Source: Octopus sinensis
Taxonomy: Eukaryota
Length of the DNA: 64,000 bases
Assembly: GCF_006345805.1 (NCBI RefSeq)
Contig: NC_043010.1
Location: forward strand, 57,040,001-57,104,000
Reading direction: 5' to 3'
Positions 12,850-26,599 of this stretch are shown piece by piece (the stretch's first letter is position 1; every line of letters begins with the position of its first letter). Both the position numbers and the translations under genes were made by a program. The notes below the pieces were generated by a model. The model was not told the DNA's origin, ran no database searches, and saw only the letters and a list, made by a program, of their open reading frames with translations.

Positions 12850-13435
12850 CTCTCATACTGAATAAATTATAGTGTCATTAAATCAACGTTACCACCAAAA
12901 ATGGATAACCCTGACACCACTCTATGTATATCAGATGGGAGAATTGCATTCGGTGCCATGCTGGCACAGTTAGTGCAAAGGCCCTCATTGCCTCGTCACA
13001 GCTGGACTGGACAGAACAGGTTTGCAGGACGGGGGAAAGCAGGGTACCCAAATCAGATTTTACACTGAACTACGTCAGGACAGTGGCAGCTGGAGGTTGT
13101 GATTGAAGGATGTGCTGAAGGGACATAGGAAGAACTCCAGCATTTCCCCAGATACCGGAGAAGAGAAGGCCCTGCAGCATGATGAGTGGCACTGATTGCT
13201 GAAGCTTGTAATTCCAGCCGTGGAGGAGAAAGAACAGAGAAAGAGTTCAAAAGAGCAGCAGAGTAGGTTCGCCTTCTGAAGAGGAGGATTTTTGAACAAG
13301 AAAGCCAATGTTGAATGACAGCAGACACCCAACGATCTCATGTTCCCTGGTTTATTGGAGAAAGAGGAAAGGCAGCAGCACTTTTCAGAGGTTGGTGGTT
13401 TTCCGCACGGATATTGTGGAAGACCACATCTTAAC
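12850..13435 (+). mobile_element. Degraded 3' end of an RTE LINE
   Basis: IRWEN..QLDWTEQVCRTGESRVPK resembles the RTE C-terminal LRWxGHVxRM..RLPK motif. Confidence 0.6.
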
Positions 13436-15039
13436 AATCAATTAGCTGATAGAGTTATTTCCCCATTAACCAGAGATTTGGTTGAAATGTTTGACTTTGT
13501 GGGTCCCACGTAAGACAAAATGGGGATTGGGTGAAGTTTGAGGCACACTTGGCTGCCATTTCTAGCAGCTAGGGAATCTGCATAAACACTCGCTCACTGG
13601 TTCATCACTTAGACAATATCCTTGGGAAATGCATTTAGGCCACAACTTCCTATCCAAGTTAGCATGCAGTAATTTAGCCACAGGAGAACTGTGATATTAG
13701 ATAGGTTATCAAATATATTCCATCCTCGCCCATCCCCTCTTTTTATCAGATATAACAATTAGAAAAACAAGTCAAAATGTCTTTTTTTATGATGGGAGAG
13801 TGAAATTCAAAGATGACTTAACTGCTATTTCTAAGATGTCTCCAGACCTCATTTAAACATGGGATCATTTATTGATCCCATCTGTCATTCCAGTCAAAGA
13901 GACAATATAATAATTTGGCTACATACTAACCCCTATGTTTCTCTAAACAAACCTAATGGCATTTTAAATATTAGGTCATTTCTGGGCCCTTCTATCTTCT
14001 TTGATACACATACAACAACTGTAAATATTTGAACAGTATGTTTCATTGGACAAAGACAACAGTTATATTTGGTTACTACTCACCCTCCTCTGTCTCCCAG
14101 GAACCAAAATTTCTACAATCTGATTTGTTGTTTTAAAATTGTAGGATGTTTCCCCAGGAGACGCAAGGGGCCAGAATAATGACTTGAATGATGTCATAGA
14201 AACTCTACTGATTCGTGGCTCTAAGATCTTATCACAGTCAAGTTGTCAGTTTTTTGGTTTGGGAACCCAAAGGAATTTATGGCTGAAGTATCTCCAAGTA
14301 GATCAAACTTAGATTTGGGGAAATCAATTTGTCTTAATTTCAAATACTCAGATGCAGCATCTTGTGAGTGTTGTGATGCTGACATTTCCTCAGACAACAC
14401 TGGTTTTAGTAAACCATTGTCTTGCAAACGTATTTTAAGAGGAAGTACCTGTCAGTGTCCACAGACACATGAGATTTTGCATCAAGCAATGTTCCCTTTC
14501 GTTATTAAGCTGTTGAGGTTTAGCAATTACTCAATTCACATATTGAGTATTCATGGAAGCTCTAAACCTGACCAAATTGTCTTCAGTTCAAAGTGTGTTC
14601 TTCATTATGATATTCCTTCAGAGTCTATTTGCCAAGAACCAGGCACTCTTAGAAGAGTTGAGATAAAATATACAGAAACAAAATCTTGGTAGGATTCCTT
14701 AGAAGCAACACAACTGCCAAAGATTTCTCCAAGGTCTTTGGCAGGGATGAAAGGAACTGAATCTCAAAATTGAAGGTTTCTAACAAAATGGGTTCCACCA
14801 AACATTGCCAAGGGTCAGATCGTAGAGGTGAGGGTCTGGTTAAGTCATGTGACCAACCAGTGTGACTTCTTTAAAAATTTGCTGCACAGGTTCTTTATGA
14901 TCCCCCTCTTAAAGCTCAGATCGACCTGAGCTTATAGGGAAAGTGTTGCATAAGGTATGGCACATAACCCCAGAGTCTTGCAGTTAACTTCTTAACCACA
15001 CATCCAACAACTACACCTGTAATAATATTGATAGATCAA

Positions 15040-15256
15040 TATAAGGTGTCCATAAATTACCTTTGCAATTTGAAAAATTCAGAAAAAGAAAAAAAAAAGG
15101 GTAATGCAGTGGAGTTGATTGGAAAATATTAAAGTTTTATAGGAAACCTCCAAAACGCTTCCATCTGGATTCCATTAGGAGCACACCACCTGATGGGTTA
15201 TCGTTATTTTTCTGAATTTTCCATATTGTAAAGGTGTTTTATGGACAACCTGTATA
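15040..15256. mobile_element. Tc1/mariner-type MITE
   Basis: Imperfect TIRs TATAAGGTGTCCATAAATTACCTTTGCAAT...ATTGTAAAGGTGTTTTATGGACAACCTGTATA with TA ends. Confidence 0.7.
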
Positions 15257-15264
15257 ACACCGGT

Positions 15265-15470
15265 TTCTGATTTGGTCCGAAATTTAGCAATTTGGGGAGA
15301 GGTGGTGGGGGGCCCCAGTTGATTACATCGTTTCCCATGGGTCAGCTGATTCTTATTTTATCAACCCTGAAAGGACGAAAGGCAAATTTGATCTCAGTAG
15401 AATTTGAACTCAGAAACAAACTGCTACTAAGCATTTTGTCCAGCATCCTTGCTGCATTGACATCTTGCAG
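15265..15470 (-). mobile_element. tRNA-derived SINE copy
   Basis: Reverse complement of the family at 57097 (ctgaaaggacgaaaggcaaa...gaatttgaactcagaa). Confidence 0.75.
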
Positions 15471-16449
15471 AATATTGATATTAGAATATATAAAGAAATA
15501 AGAGGAGTGTGAAGGGAGCAGTGAAGACATGATGCCATCATTGAAGTGAAAGGAAAATGTCGGAGGGAGTGAGTGGAGGTTGTGGTGATGTAGACAAGAG
15601 GGAGGGAGAGAGAGAGAAATACAAATGAAACAACCATGTTTGAAGTCTGGACTATATTTGAAGGCTGACATCTTTATTTAGACAAAAGAATTTCAAAGAA
15701 GACAACAAGAGAAACAAAAAGGAAATGTTGAGAAGTAGTGATAATGTGGGGAGGGGGCAAGTTGGGAAATATGAACCCATAAAGGGTTTTGGGCTTTCAG
15801 GAGTGTCCCTTTATGTCAGGGGACACTTGTTATTCAGTTTATATCAAATCTTACTTCCTGAAACACTTCATTGGAGAAACAAAAGTCTGAATTTAAATTA
15901 TTTTTTAAATTATGAAAAAAAAAGAAAAAAAGAAATCCAAACTTTTCACACTCTTGAGATCCTTGTGTCCCAGACCTGAAGCATTAAACCCTCATCATAA
16001 GAGGTGAAGAGATATTCTGATGGAGACAAGGATTGGGGGGGGGGGGCAATGTCGAAATAGTCAAACTTTTAAAGCAGAATTAACTATCAGGAGATTTCCT
16101 TTGTTTTTTTTTTTATGTTGAGGAGTTAAATTTCATAGATTTTCATCTTCCATCTCTACAGACACACATTTATATACCTCTTTTCCTCTCTCTCAAAATA
16201 CGAACATATACATGGCACACACACACACACACATGCAATGCACACACATTGTAGTGCATCTGAGTAAACAATACAATCATGTGTGTGTATGTAGTCTAAA
16301 TATATATATATAATAAATATCATTATAAATTGATGCAGATATTGTATTTTTCTTGAGCTATGGACCTTCCTGGTGTCTAAGAAAATGAGATCTTAACAGT
16401 TGCCCAGGAAAGGATGCCATCCCCGCTGCAGAGTCCAAGGACAGAAAGG

Positions 16450-16590
16450 ACGCATGGGTGTTGACCCTTCTAACTGACCTAATTCATTGTCCTCAAAGGA
16501 GAGACAAAGTTTTGACCTCAACAGTATTTGAACTAAGAATGTCAAGAGCTGCAAGGAACATGGCCAAACATTTTGTCCGACAATTCTACC
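16450..16590 (-). mobile_element. Degraded tRNA-derived SINE copy
   Basis: caaagttttgacctcaacagtatttgaactaagaatg..cattttgtccgac, the reverse complement of the SINE family. Confidence 0.55.
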
Positions 16591-17409
16591 AGACCACAAC
16601 GGTAGGTTTCCTATATATTTATAAAACCCCTACATATGCATATTAGATTCATCATAATTTGATAATATGCATGCACACGGACTAGTTTATATATGGTGTA
16701 TTTTTACAGAGAGAGAGAGAGCGAGAGAACCGGTTTGTGTGAGTGTGTACATACACACACACCACACATATCAGTATACATTTAATGAATTTCCCTGTCT
16801 GTGATCAGCCTCCATGATCATTATGCTGCAGTTTATCCTCGAAACCACAGTGTCTATGTGACTGAGTGTCTCCACCAGGAATGGGATGCCAGTCTGTCCC
16901 AGATTCGAACTTATTTTCAGCTAAGTGGACAGAAGTATGTAGAATGAAGTATTTTGCTCAAGGATAATGTGGCCTTTACAACATTATGACCAAGTCCAAC
17001 ACCTTTTCTCCTCATCTTCATATACACACAGGTAGACATACCTATCTATCATATTTATCATTTATGAATATATAATCTTAATAATCTCCCTGCACATATA
17101 TGTATCACCTATGTTTTCATGTGTTTAAAAATCAACATACATAACCTCTGTGTGTGTGTGTGTGTCTACTATATGTTTATGTAGATGTTTGTTTTTATGT
17201 AAGGTTGTACATAAAACAATCAAGTGTTAGATTGAAGGAACACTTAATACTTTTTAGTTGAACACCATATTCATAAGGAAACATTTGATAGGGACTTCAA
17301 AGTTTTGGTCTCCTTATCGTCATCACACTGCTTGATGATAGCCCAGAAGTCTAAACATCAAAATCCCTGTTAATATTACGTATGTAATAATATATTTACA
17401 GTCTTTATA

Positions 17410-17415
17410 TTTATT
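17410..17415 (-). promoter_or_regulatory. Candidate polyadenylation signal (AATAAA) of the minus-strand gene
   Basis: TTTATT on the + strand, about 320 bp past the TGA at 17738. Confidence 0.35.
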
Positions 17416-17737
17416 TATAAACAAACAAAACACCATATTTCTCCCTTTCTCTATAAAACTAGCATCTAAGCACAAGATATTTGCATGTGTGCATATCTCT
17501 TTGTGTATATATATATATATACACACACACACACATATATATAGCCAGATGTCTATATTTTCTTCTATATATCTATCTGTACTGATGTAAGAGGAGAAGG
17601 ACAAATTGAAATTCAGACATTACAAATTAGCAATCAATTTCAATCAATATTTAATTGCAAGTTAATTATTTTAGTGATCTTATTCACTGAACTTATTCAC
17701 ATTTTTTTTTGTTTTTTGTTTCCTTCTCGCTGATCCT

Positions 17738-18665
17738 TCATTCCCAAGAATGCCCAGAAAAATCAGTTTCCAAGTTAGATCTACAAGAATCAAGTGGATC
17801 TCTTTTAGACGCAGTAATCTCGTCATCATTGGATGGAGAATGGTATTGTCCCACATGTCTTGGACGTTTCCTTTGTAAGAAAGTGAAGGACCGGATTACA
17901 TCAGATTCTTTGTTTATAATTTCTGTTTTCCTCGTTCCATTTACAGGTCTTCGAGATCTCAAATGTCGAAATGAATTCTTTTTACTATTTTGGGGAATAT
18001 AGAACTCACCGGTGCAAGTGTGTCTGCAAGACTTGACCGATTCATCTACATTTTCATGGTTACTCAAGGAAGTCGATGTGAATTGATAACTTATGGCGTT
18101 ACAGCTTCTCTTATTACTAATTCTTGCTCTGCCCAATTTTATTTCGCTGTCTGCAATATTATTTATTAGTGAGTTTTCCTGGTGGAACATATGGTTCCTG
18201 CCAAAATCATTGTCTATAACTGAAACCTCAATGCCATTTCGATGAAAATCTTCAGTGGCATTCTGTCGAATGTGATCCAGATAATCACTGGTTGATGTCT
18301 GAAAGCTGTTGACCTGTTCTGCTGCATATCTTTGCAAAAATTCCAGGTAGCCAGGTCTCTGTCTTGCCAATAAGACTCTCATTAATTGAGTCTTCAATAA
18401 GATCTTGCGATTCATGGGACTGGACACAGCGGTCGAGGCCATTGTTGACCGTTGTTGGCACAAATCATTTAATTTCATCTGATAATCCAAATAGGATTTT
18501 GGTAACATTGTCTGAGTTGGACTTAGGTCGCAGTTATGAGAGGTTTGCTCAGGGATTTGGAAACTTGCAGGGAAGGTCATATTTGGAAAGTTCCATCGGT
18601 AGAACCCAAACTGATGCGGGTGAGTTATGGTCGTTCCATTGTCCATGTTAACAGACCAAGAATTC
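17738..18665 (-). CDS. Terminal coding exon of an uncharacterised protein (302 aa from the internal ATG at 18646)
   Basis: Long non-repetitive ORF; strong acceptor TTTTTCTCGACTTTTTCTTGCAG|G at 18666/18665, open in phase 2 into the ORF; TGA at 17740-17738; no recognisable domain. Confidence 0.65.
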
Positions 18666-19249
18666 CTGCAAGAAAAAGTCGAGAAAAATTATTCTTTATG
18701 CAATTGTTTGCTAGAAGAAGGGTCACATCAGTGGCCCTTTTTGAGGGATTTTGAGAATAGGGAGAGGGGAATATATCTCAGAAGAGTAACCAGAAAACTT
18801 GAACTCCACAAAAGTTACCCAAAGAGTAGGTTTTGTTAAACTAAGAAACAACAGAGGCATGCAGGGACCATGCAGGGACCAGGTAATGTTAGATTCGGTG
18901 GCAATAGAGTGAAATTGACTAAAAGAAAGCCTTGGATCAGGTAGGGAAGTTAAACGAGGGGTATCAACTAGAGGTATCCAAAAACCAGGTAGTTGTATTA
19001 AAATGGATGACAACTCAGTTGAAAGTATCAAATGGCAGGGTTGGAAACAGAGTGGACTCAACTGAAGGCATCCAAAAGACCAGACTCCATTGTAGGGAGT
19101 CAGAGATTCAGGTTTTTGTGTAACATCAGAGTGGAGACTAGGAATGATGCCTAATGACCAGGCCAGAGTAAACTGGACAACAAAGTGGACTCCACCAACG
19201 GTATCCAAGGAGCTTTCCGTGAGTTTGACTTGCAAAGAAGTTTAAAACC

Positions 19250-20340
19250 CTAATCCCCTTCAAAGTATGATCCTCTGACTTCAAAGCACTTGTAGCACTC
19301 CAGCTACTTCATGAAGGCCCCATGGAAGTCGTCCAAAGGGAAGGTGTCTTGGACCCTTGTCACAGCCTCCTTCATCTTCACAATATCTTCAAACCAAGCT
19401 GTTGCTGAGGTTTTCTTTCAACTTGGAGAACAACCAAAAGTCAGAGAGAGCAAGTCTTGACTGTAGGAATGGTAAGGGACAGTTTTGATGCCCACCTCTG
19501 TCAAGTAGGGGTTACCAGGATGGAATTGGGGACTGGTGCATTGTCCTGGTGCTGGTACCACCAACCCAAGTGGAAGAGTTCTAACCTTTTACACCAAAAT
19601 CTCTTCCTGAACCCTCTCAAAACCTCCACAAACCACAATTTGTTGATCGTTTGACCAGTGGGAACCCAGTGGATTTAGATGATGCTGTCAAATAAGGGGA
19701 TCATCATGCGCTTCCTAGGTGGACTTGCTTTTCCTGGTCTCCTTGGGTCTGGGGCAGCCAGGATGCATCCATTGGACGTCATATCTCTTGACCTTTGGAT
19801 CATAATAATAGAGCCAGCTGACATCGTAGGTCACCAGAGATTGAAGAACCCTTAGAGTGGAGATAATGAGCTCAACCATCTCCTGTTGTCCCCAATGCGT
19901 CTTTCCTTCTGTTCATCGCTGAGTACCTTTGGAACAAACTCTGCTCAAATTTCACACATGGTCAGATCTTTCTGAATAATTCTGTGTACAGTTGCTGTAC
20001 CAATTCCAAACTGTTGGCTTATTGTCTTTACAGACACATGATGGTCTTCATCCAGAAAATTGCAAATTTTCTCCACCACCTCTGATGTTCTGACACCACA
20101 TCTCCTTCCTACACCTCTCATCATCTCTCACCTCTACACCGTCCTTGAATCTCTTGTGCCAGTGAAAAACTTGCTGGACTCAAAGTTAGTCCACAAGCAG
20201 TCTGGAGCATTTCATCACTTTCTATAGCACTTTTATCCAGTTAAACACAAAACTTTATCACACACACACACACACACATTCTAAATTGCCTTCATCGCCC
20301 GACTGCTTTCTGCAAACCAGTCAGCCAAGACCAGCAGTAT
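19250..20340 (-). mobile_element. Degraded mariner-type transposase remnant
   Basis: Minus-strand fragments VTYDVSWLYYYDPK, QWMHPGCPRP, MMIPYFD and C-terminal FEVRGSYFEGD. Confidence 0.7.
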
Positions 20341-20899
20341 TTAGCAGGCTCTATTCAAAGTGCTGTTACAACCATCTCCTTCAAGCTGGAATAACAAAAG
20401 GTGGCAGGTCAGTTTAGTAATGATATACTGAAATTATAATAACCTGCCTCTTCTAAAGAAAAAAAAAATCTTGAAACTTGTGGAATGCACTTCATAAGTT
20501 TAAAACTGACCGACAGCAAAGTGGAATTCATTGTAGGTAGGCAAGAATCAGGAAGTGGTTTTAAACTGAATGACGTGAGTTTGGACTCCACTAGAGTTAC
20601 CCAACGACTAGATTGTGCAACATTTTAACTAGCATCCCCAGGACAGACAGACTCCCTGTACAGGTTTCTTCTCAGTTTTGGCTGACTCAGTTTCTCAAGA
20701 TATAAATGGGACAAAGTAGTGATGGCTCGTCTTGAGATGGTGTGTCTCTTGGAGAAGATGACAAAGATTATTAACAATTCACTTAAGACCAATCTGTTGT
20801 GATGACAGTAAGTTCTAGAAGTACAGGGTGTCTGGGCTAAAGTAAACACAATGTCCCATTCAAACCAAAAATAGTTTAAATCCAAAGACACCAACGAGA

Positions 20900-21130
20900 T
20901 TATGGCTGGGCAATAACAGTTTGCTCAAAACAGCTGCCTTCAACTTCCACTGCAGAGTCACAATGGCTCTGCAAACTGGCACATGCGTTCCTCCCTGTGT
21001 CCCTGGGAAGATCTTCAAACACATCCTTGATCTTGGCCACCAACTCCGCCTTGGTGAAGTCATTGAAATTCTGATTCTTTCTGAAGGTATGGCAAAAAAC
21101 TGAATCCTGCCGCCACACATATGCCCTTCC
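20900..21130 (-). mobile_element. Tc1/mariner-superfamily transposase C-terminal remnant
   Basis: KAELVAKIKDVFEDLPRDTGRNACASLQSHCDSAVEVEGSCFE resembles the C-terminal ..R..AV..AEG.YFE motif. Confidence 0.6.
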
Positions 21131-21790
21131 AACAACAACACTCCCTCTCCAGCAACTTCACATACCATTCAAATTGAGTCTAAGGCTGCCCTGTTCATCA
21201 GTTGTCGGATAAATTCTGGCATGCAAATGCAGTCAGAAGACCTGTTGTGTCCCTCCCTGCTGGTTTCAGCTTTGTAGTCTTCAATGCTGTTACTCATGCC
21301 ATGTCTTCCATCCGGATGGTTTCCAGTCCTCCACATCAACTAACTTTTTAACTACAACTCTTTAATCTTCAGGCTCTCCAATGCTGTTGACCAGTACATC
21401 AAGCTGTTCATGAAAAAAAGGAGACCCCCACCCGAAAATCAAATTTAGTCCAAACACCCTGCATACACACACATATTTGTAAATATTGGTCAATGAGAAA
21501 GAGTGCTCAACTGGTGGATAAAGATTATTCATGGTTTAAGGCTACCATTTCATGCAAAGGAAGGCAATTATCTAGACTGTCCCAAGGTATCACTATAGAA
21601 TGTCATACAAATGAGATGAGCACACTTTGAGCATACAAAAACACATTTTGCTGTTTCATTTTCATATAAAAAAAAAATATCTTCCAAGGAAAATTACAAA
21701 TCATTTGAAAGCCCTGGATGTGAACTTTCTTCTCATACAGTTTGAATTGAAATCCAACAGTTACACATCATGTCGGGCTTCCTCAAATAC

Positions 21791-21841
21791 CTTGCTGTTT
21801 CCATGCATTTACAAAGTTTGTCCTGTTTTCTGGTTTTGTTA
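21791..21841 (-). other. Candidate 51-nt internal exon of the minus-strand gene
   Basis: ctgcag|T AAC AAA ACC...GCA AG|gtattt; phase 2-2, open (NKTRKQDKLCKCMETAR); splice sites only moderate. Confidence 0.25.
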
Positions 21842-22573
21842 CTGCAGAATGGCAGCCCTCATTCTAGTTTAATGCACTTGAGTGCCAGAACTCAAATTGT
21901 GTTAGAACACATGCTGCCTCAAAGAGGAAGGTTTTTACTTTATTTCAATATAAAAATTGATGGGTGGAGGTCAGACAATTGTTGCAAAATATAGGATAAA
22001 ATTTAATGTTAATTTTCACTTAGAAAAGGACATTTTCTTCAAGATTTTTATATAACAAGAAAAAAAAATTCTCATGAATTCAATGTGGTCATCGATAATT
22101 TCAGCCATGATATGGTGAAAAAGTGCAGAGTGAGTAAAGAGGGTGGCATGCTGACTACTTGCCAAACCGATATATTATAGAGGTGAAATCCAAGGCTCCA
22201 AATCTCGAGTTTGGGTCAGAATTTCAAGAAATGTATGAAGTAATTACAAAGTAGACATATTTCTACAAAAACTAAACAAAATTGAGTCTAAGTCTTCTAA
22301 AACCCAAACGTAGCATGAAATCATCGTTTATTCCCCTTGTGCTGTTCTAACAAGTGGAGAGCTGCTGAGCAAACCAAGCAGATGTTCTTGTATAAAATTA
22401 TATTGGGCAACAGATATTTTTTGGGACTATTCAAGTCAGATGTGAGGTCTTTTTGTTTGGTTTTGAATCTAGTCTGGATAATTTGTGTCAGTGTTTGCTT
22501 ATTCATTTAGAATTCATATTCTCTCTCTCTCTCTCTCTCTCACTAATGGGTTTGCTAAAGGTTACAGATGTTA

Positions 22574-23378
22574 GTTAGCTAGTTAGTTAGTTAGTTAATT
22601 TGGCTCAAAAGCAAATAGCAAGGCCATGTAGGGGGACATGGAGTTAAGTACGGGGTGGTGTTCATGTAAAGAGTTCAGGCCACTTGAGGTCCAGGGAGGC
22701 TTTGAACAAAGCAGTCGTCGGCATCTTCACTATCTCGTCTGGCAGCTTGTTCCACAGATCCGCAACCCGGACGGAGAAAGCTCCTCTCCTTCGATTGAGA
22801 TGAAATCATCGCAGGTAGAGCTTTTCAGAATGACCCCGCAGCCGACGCTCTGGAGCAGGAGTGAAGAACAGCTCTTTCGAGAGGTTACACTTTCCGCTTA
22901 TGATGTTGTGGGCGAGAATGAGATCACCACGGCGGCGGCGTTTTTCAAGAGAATAAAGGTCGAGCGTCCTCAGTCTTTCTTCGTAGGACAAATTTTTGAG
23001 ACCATGAACTATGCGGGTAGCCAGCTTCTGGACTCTTTCGAGATGCTGTATGTCTTTGAGGAGATAAGGAGAAAAGGCTTGAATCCCATACTCCAATATG
23101 GGTCTCACCAGCGTGACATAGAGTGGTAGGAATATGGCTGCTGTGAGCATTCCGAATGACCGTCGAATCAAGAACAGAATTCCGCGTGCTTTGTTGGCAG
23201 CATGGATGCACTGGGCCGAAGGCGAAAAGGAGGAATCCACCAAGATACCCAGGTCCTTTACCTGATCAGTCCTCTCCAGCAGCAGACGACCCGGCTCGAA
23301 ATCAAGTTGAGTTGCAGGAGTAGAGCCGACAGGCAGATGACAGCACTTTGACACGTTCAGACACAGGTCCCAATCGTT
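22574..23378 (-). mobile_element. Young 5'-truncated CR1-type LINE
   Basis: KDLGILVDSSFS..YVTLVRPILEY..LERVQKLATR..LEKRRRRGDLI..WNKLP C-terminus; (TAAC)n tail; 8-bp TSD AGATGTTA at 22566-73 and 23379-86; CpG-rich. Confidence 0.9.
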
Positions 23379-24489
23379 AGATGTTAATGCCTTTAATTCA
23401 TATTTTTAATGCTTAAATCAAGGAATTAGTTTTTACATTGTTTTTTTTTTTTAATCTAGGTCTACATCTAATTCTGACAAAGGTTTCAAGTGGTTGTAAA
23501 ATGAGCTAAAAACAACAGCTAAATCTCCCTTAAGTTACATCTTTTCATTTGAAAATATTTCAATTATTTTTTTCTTTTTTTTACCAAAAAAGCTACACCT
23601 ATTGTTTTTAAATGCATAATGCAAACAAAATTGGGCAAAATCAGTCTGGAAAGGGGTGAGTGGGTGGGGGAAAGAAAGAAATTTTCCAAACTTTTTTTCA
23701 TAAAAAGCTTACCCCCATCATTTCCAAGACCAAAATGAAAAAAAAAAAAAAAATTGAGAAAATCCTGAAACTGCCATTTACAGCTATTTTTAATGATTCA
23801 TTAAAATATTATTGAAATGGTGCCATGTCCCAAAATCTCATGATTTATTTAGTTGTATACCTACTACAAATGTGCCAAACTTCAAGTTCCTGTGGTTTTT
23901 AGTTGCAGATTTAACTTTGACTGAAAACACTGCAAAATCAACCATTTGTTGTTACATGTTACAAAATAGGCTTTACATAAATATTTTAAATATTGCTAAA
24001 AAAAGAATTTACTTTCTAAGATCCTGAAAAAATAAAAATAAAAAAAAAGAATGGCAATTACTATACTAAGGTCACTATTTGTATAATTTGAAGATGATTC
24101 TCACCTCAGTTTCAAAGACACGACATCACAAATAAGTTAATCAGACAAGATTTTGACTGATTCACTAACCATTCAAATTGTCATATCTCCTAAAATATTC
24201 ATTCAAATTTCACAAATGAGGTATCAAAATGTTCCTTTTTGAATGTTCTCCAATATATTTAAATGTTTTCAAAAATCCATAGTATACTTACTATCACATA
24301 GAACATTGGTGTTTGTCTCCATTTTAGATTAAAACACCAAAAATCACTTAATTTTTCATGTTTTAACCTAAAATGGAGACTAATACTGATTTTCCATATG
24401 GTAGGCTTGACAATTGTTAAGGGCTTCCTTGACATGAAACCCATGGTAGTCTTCATCCACAAATAAGGTGTGTGTGTATGTGTGTGTAT

Positions 24490-24786
24490 ATAACCGGCCC
24501 TCCATCACTTATGATGACGAGGTTTCCAGTTTATCTGATCTACAGGACAGCCCGCTCATGAAATTAACAAGCAAGTTGGCTGAGAACTCCACAAATACAC
24601 ATACCTCTAACAGGGAGATTCAATGTGACACGGCTGGCCCTTTGAATTACTGATACAACTCATCTATGGCAGTCGAGTGAACTGGAGCAGCGTGAAATAA
24701 AGTGCCTTGCTCAAGGACACAACCCACCACCTGGAGTTCAACTCACAATGCTGAATACCCTAACCACTGAGCCATGTACCTTCACA
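24490..24786 (-). mobile_element. SINE copy (second tRNA-derived family)
   Basis: Reverse complement reads gtgaaggtacatggctcagtggttagggtattc..gtgtccttgagcaaggcactt; related copies at 38450 (+) and 39640 (-). Confidence 0.75.
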
Positions 24787-26599
24787 TTACATAAACACAC
24801 ACACCTCCATGGGCGTGCGCACATGTAATTTGGGAGGTCGGTAGATATCATTGTAGAATAACTAATGAAACCAAAATAATCTGGTAAAATAAATACATTT
24901 GGTTGTTGCGGATAAGTAAAACAAAAATGTGAATATATTAAATGGACATTACTATATATTTATCTTTTTAATTGCCGAACAGCCTTATTTTTGGATTTAA
25001 AGTATCATGAAAAGAAAACATGTTGGATCTTTTGTTTGGTTGCCACTTTTCAATCTCTTCATTTTCAGTTCCAATCGATTACATATTAGGTGTAATGATG
25101 TAGTTTTGTATGCTAATCATTGGCATGAAATTCATTTTGCCATAAATGAATAAATAGAGAGTTAATATGAATTTTTCAGATGACATCGGAGATCAAGGGA
25201 GAAAGAAATGACATTCACTTCATTAATTTTACACCAAGATAAGAACTTTGAGACAAATTGGCCAACAGTTGGAATTCAGCTTGGGACTTGAACGATAGTA
25301 TTATAGAATTAACTCTCATCCATCCTTAACCGCCAATCAAACACCACCAGGACACATAATCATTATAGATGTATTATAGTTATGCTGTTTAGCTCTCTAT
25401 AGCTTTGGGCTGCAGGCGCTACCTTAGAAGCCCGCATGGAATGCAGCTTTTAAAATTGCAAATTGAATTTAACAGGACAGAAAAAAATGCCTACACAATT
25501 ATTTTTATTATTATTATAGAGACAAAAGATTCACATCTAATTATCTTTTAAAGTTCGTCATGTCCCACTCAAGTGTATTTCTTTATAGAAGCCTTTTAAT
25601 CCCGCTGTTGAGAGTAGACCCAAGAAAAGAGGGTGGGTTATGAACTGAAGGAAGTGATTTCGTCTTCATCATGAATATCTTCATATATGAACCAAAATAA
25701 CTAAGCAAAATAGAGAAAACTCAGAGTTTTCGTATTCCTTGGCAGAAGTCATGAATATGGTAATCTTTTGGTATTAGTGGACAACATCATTCACCCTCTT
25801 TACGCCATGCGAGTACGTTGTGTGTTAGTGATGCTGTTTACGAATACTGAAAGATTAGCACATGCACATGTATATTTTAAGGTCCGTTTTAATCAAGAAA
25901 GTATTATTTTGAAAACTAAAACATTTTTTACAAAAGAAAGACAAAGAAAAAAGTACAAAAAAAAAAAGCAGAGAAAAGAGGAAAAAGCCAACAAAGCAGC
26001 AATTGGCTAAGTGAAGCAAGCCAGCACAAGCGATGGCGAGGCTAAGGTATTGGAAAAGCAGCCAAGTGCCCTCACCGGCATCATCTGACAGCTCGGTGAG
26101 GTGAGTTGCCACCAATTTACTTAAGAAATTGTTGAATGTGTCTGGTTAGACTTCAGCTCAGCATAAATTGTTACAAGTGAAAGGAAAGTATCTAACGACC
26201 ATCTTCCACCAGTGTGTAATGTGAGAACAAGAGTTTTAAGTGCCAAAGAAATTAGTTGAACCAGTTTCAGCTACCATGCTGGACTTCAGCCAAAAAAGAA
26301 AGGCTTTGCGTGAGTCAATGTGTGATTCCATTCAGTGCCACCTAGCAGCCAACTATGTGCAAGGGGAGATAACTTAGGGTTATTTTCCCCTTTTTAAAGT
26401 AAATAAACCTTAGCACATTAATAACATTACCAGTGTCCACACACAATGCCTTCAGGTATCTTTCTATCACTTCTGGATAATGCCGCCGACTCCAGAACTG
26501 AGCGGATATTAATCCAAACCCGCTTAATAAGGTTAGTTTGGTGTGACAAGCAAAACGACCAGAATTTAGGCAGCAAGAAAGACTAAAAGACCTGTGGGA

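Noticed and set aside
18723-19235. 170-aa minus-strand ORF as the upstream part of the orphan gene
   Set aside because: Non-ATG start, ends in a stop before the acceptor at 18666, and has no evident donor; more likely intronic repeat debris.
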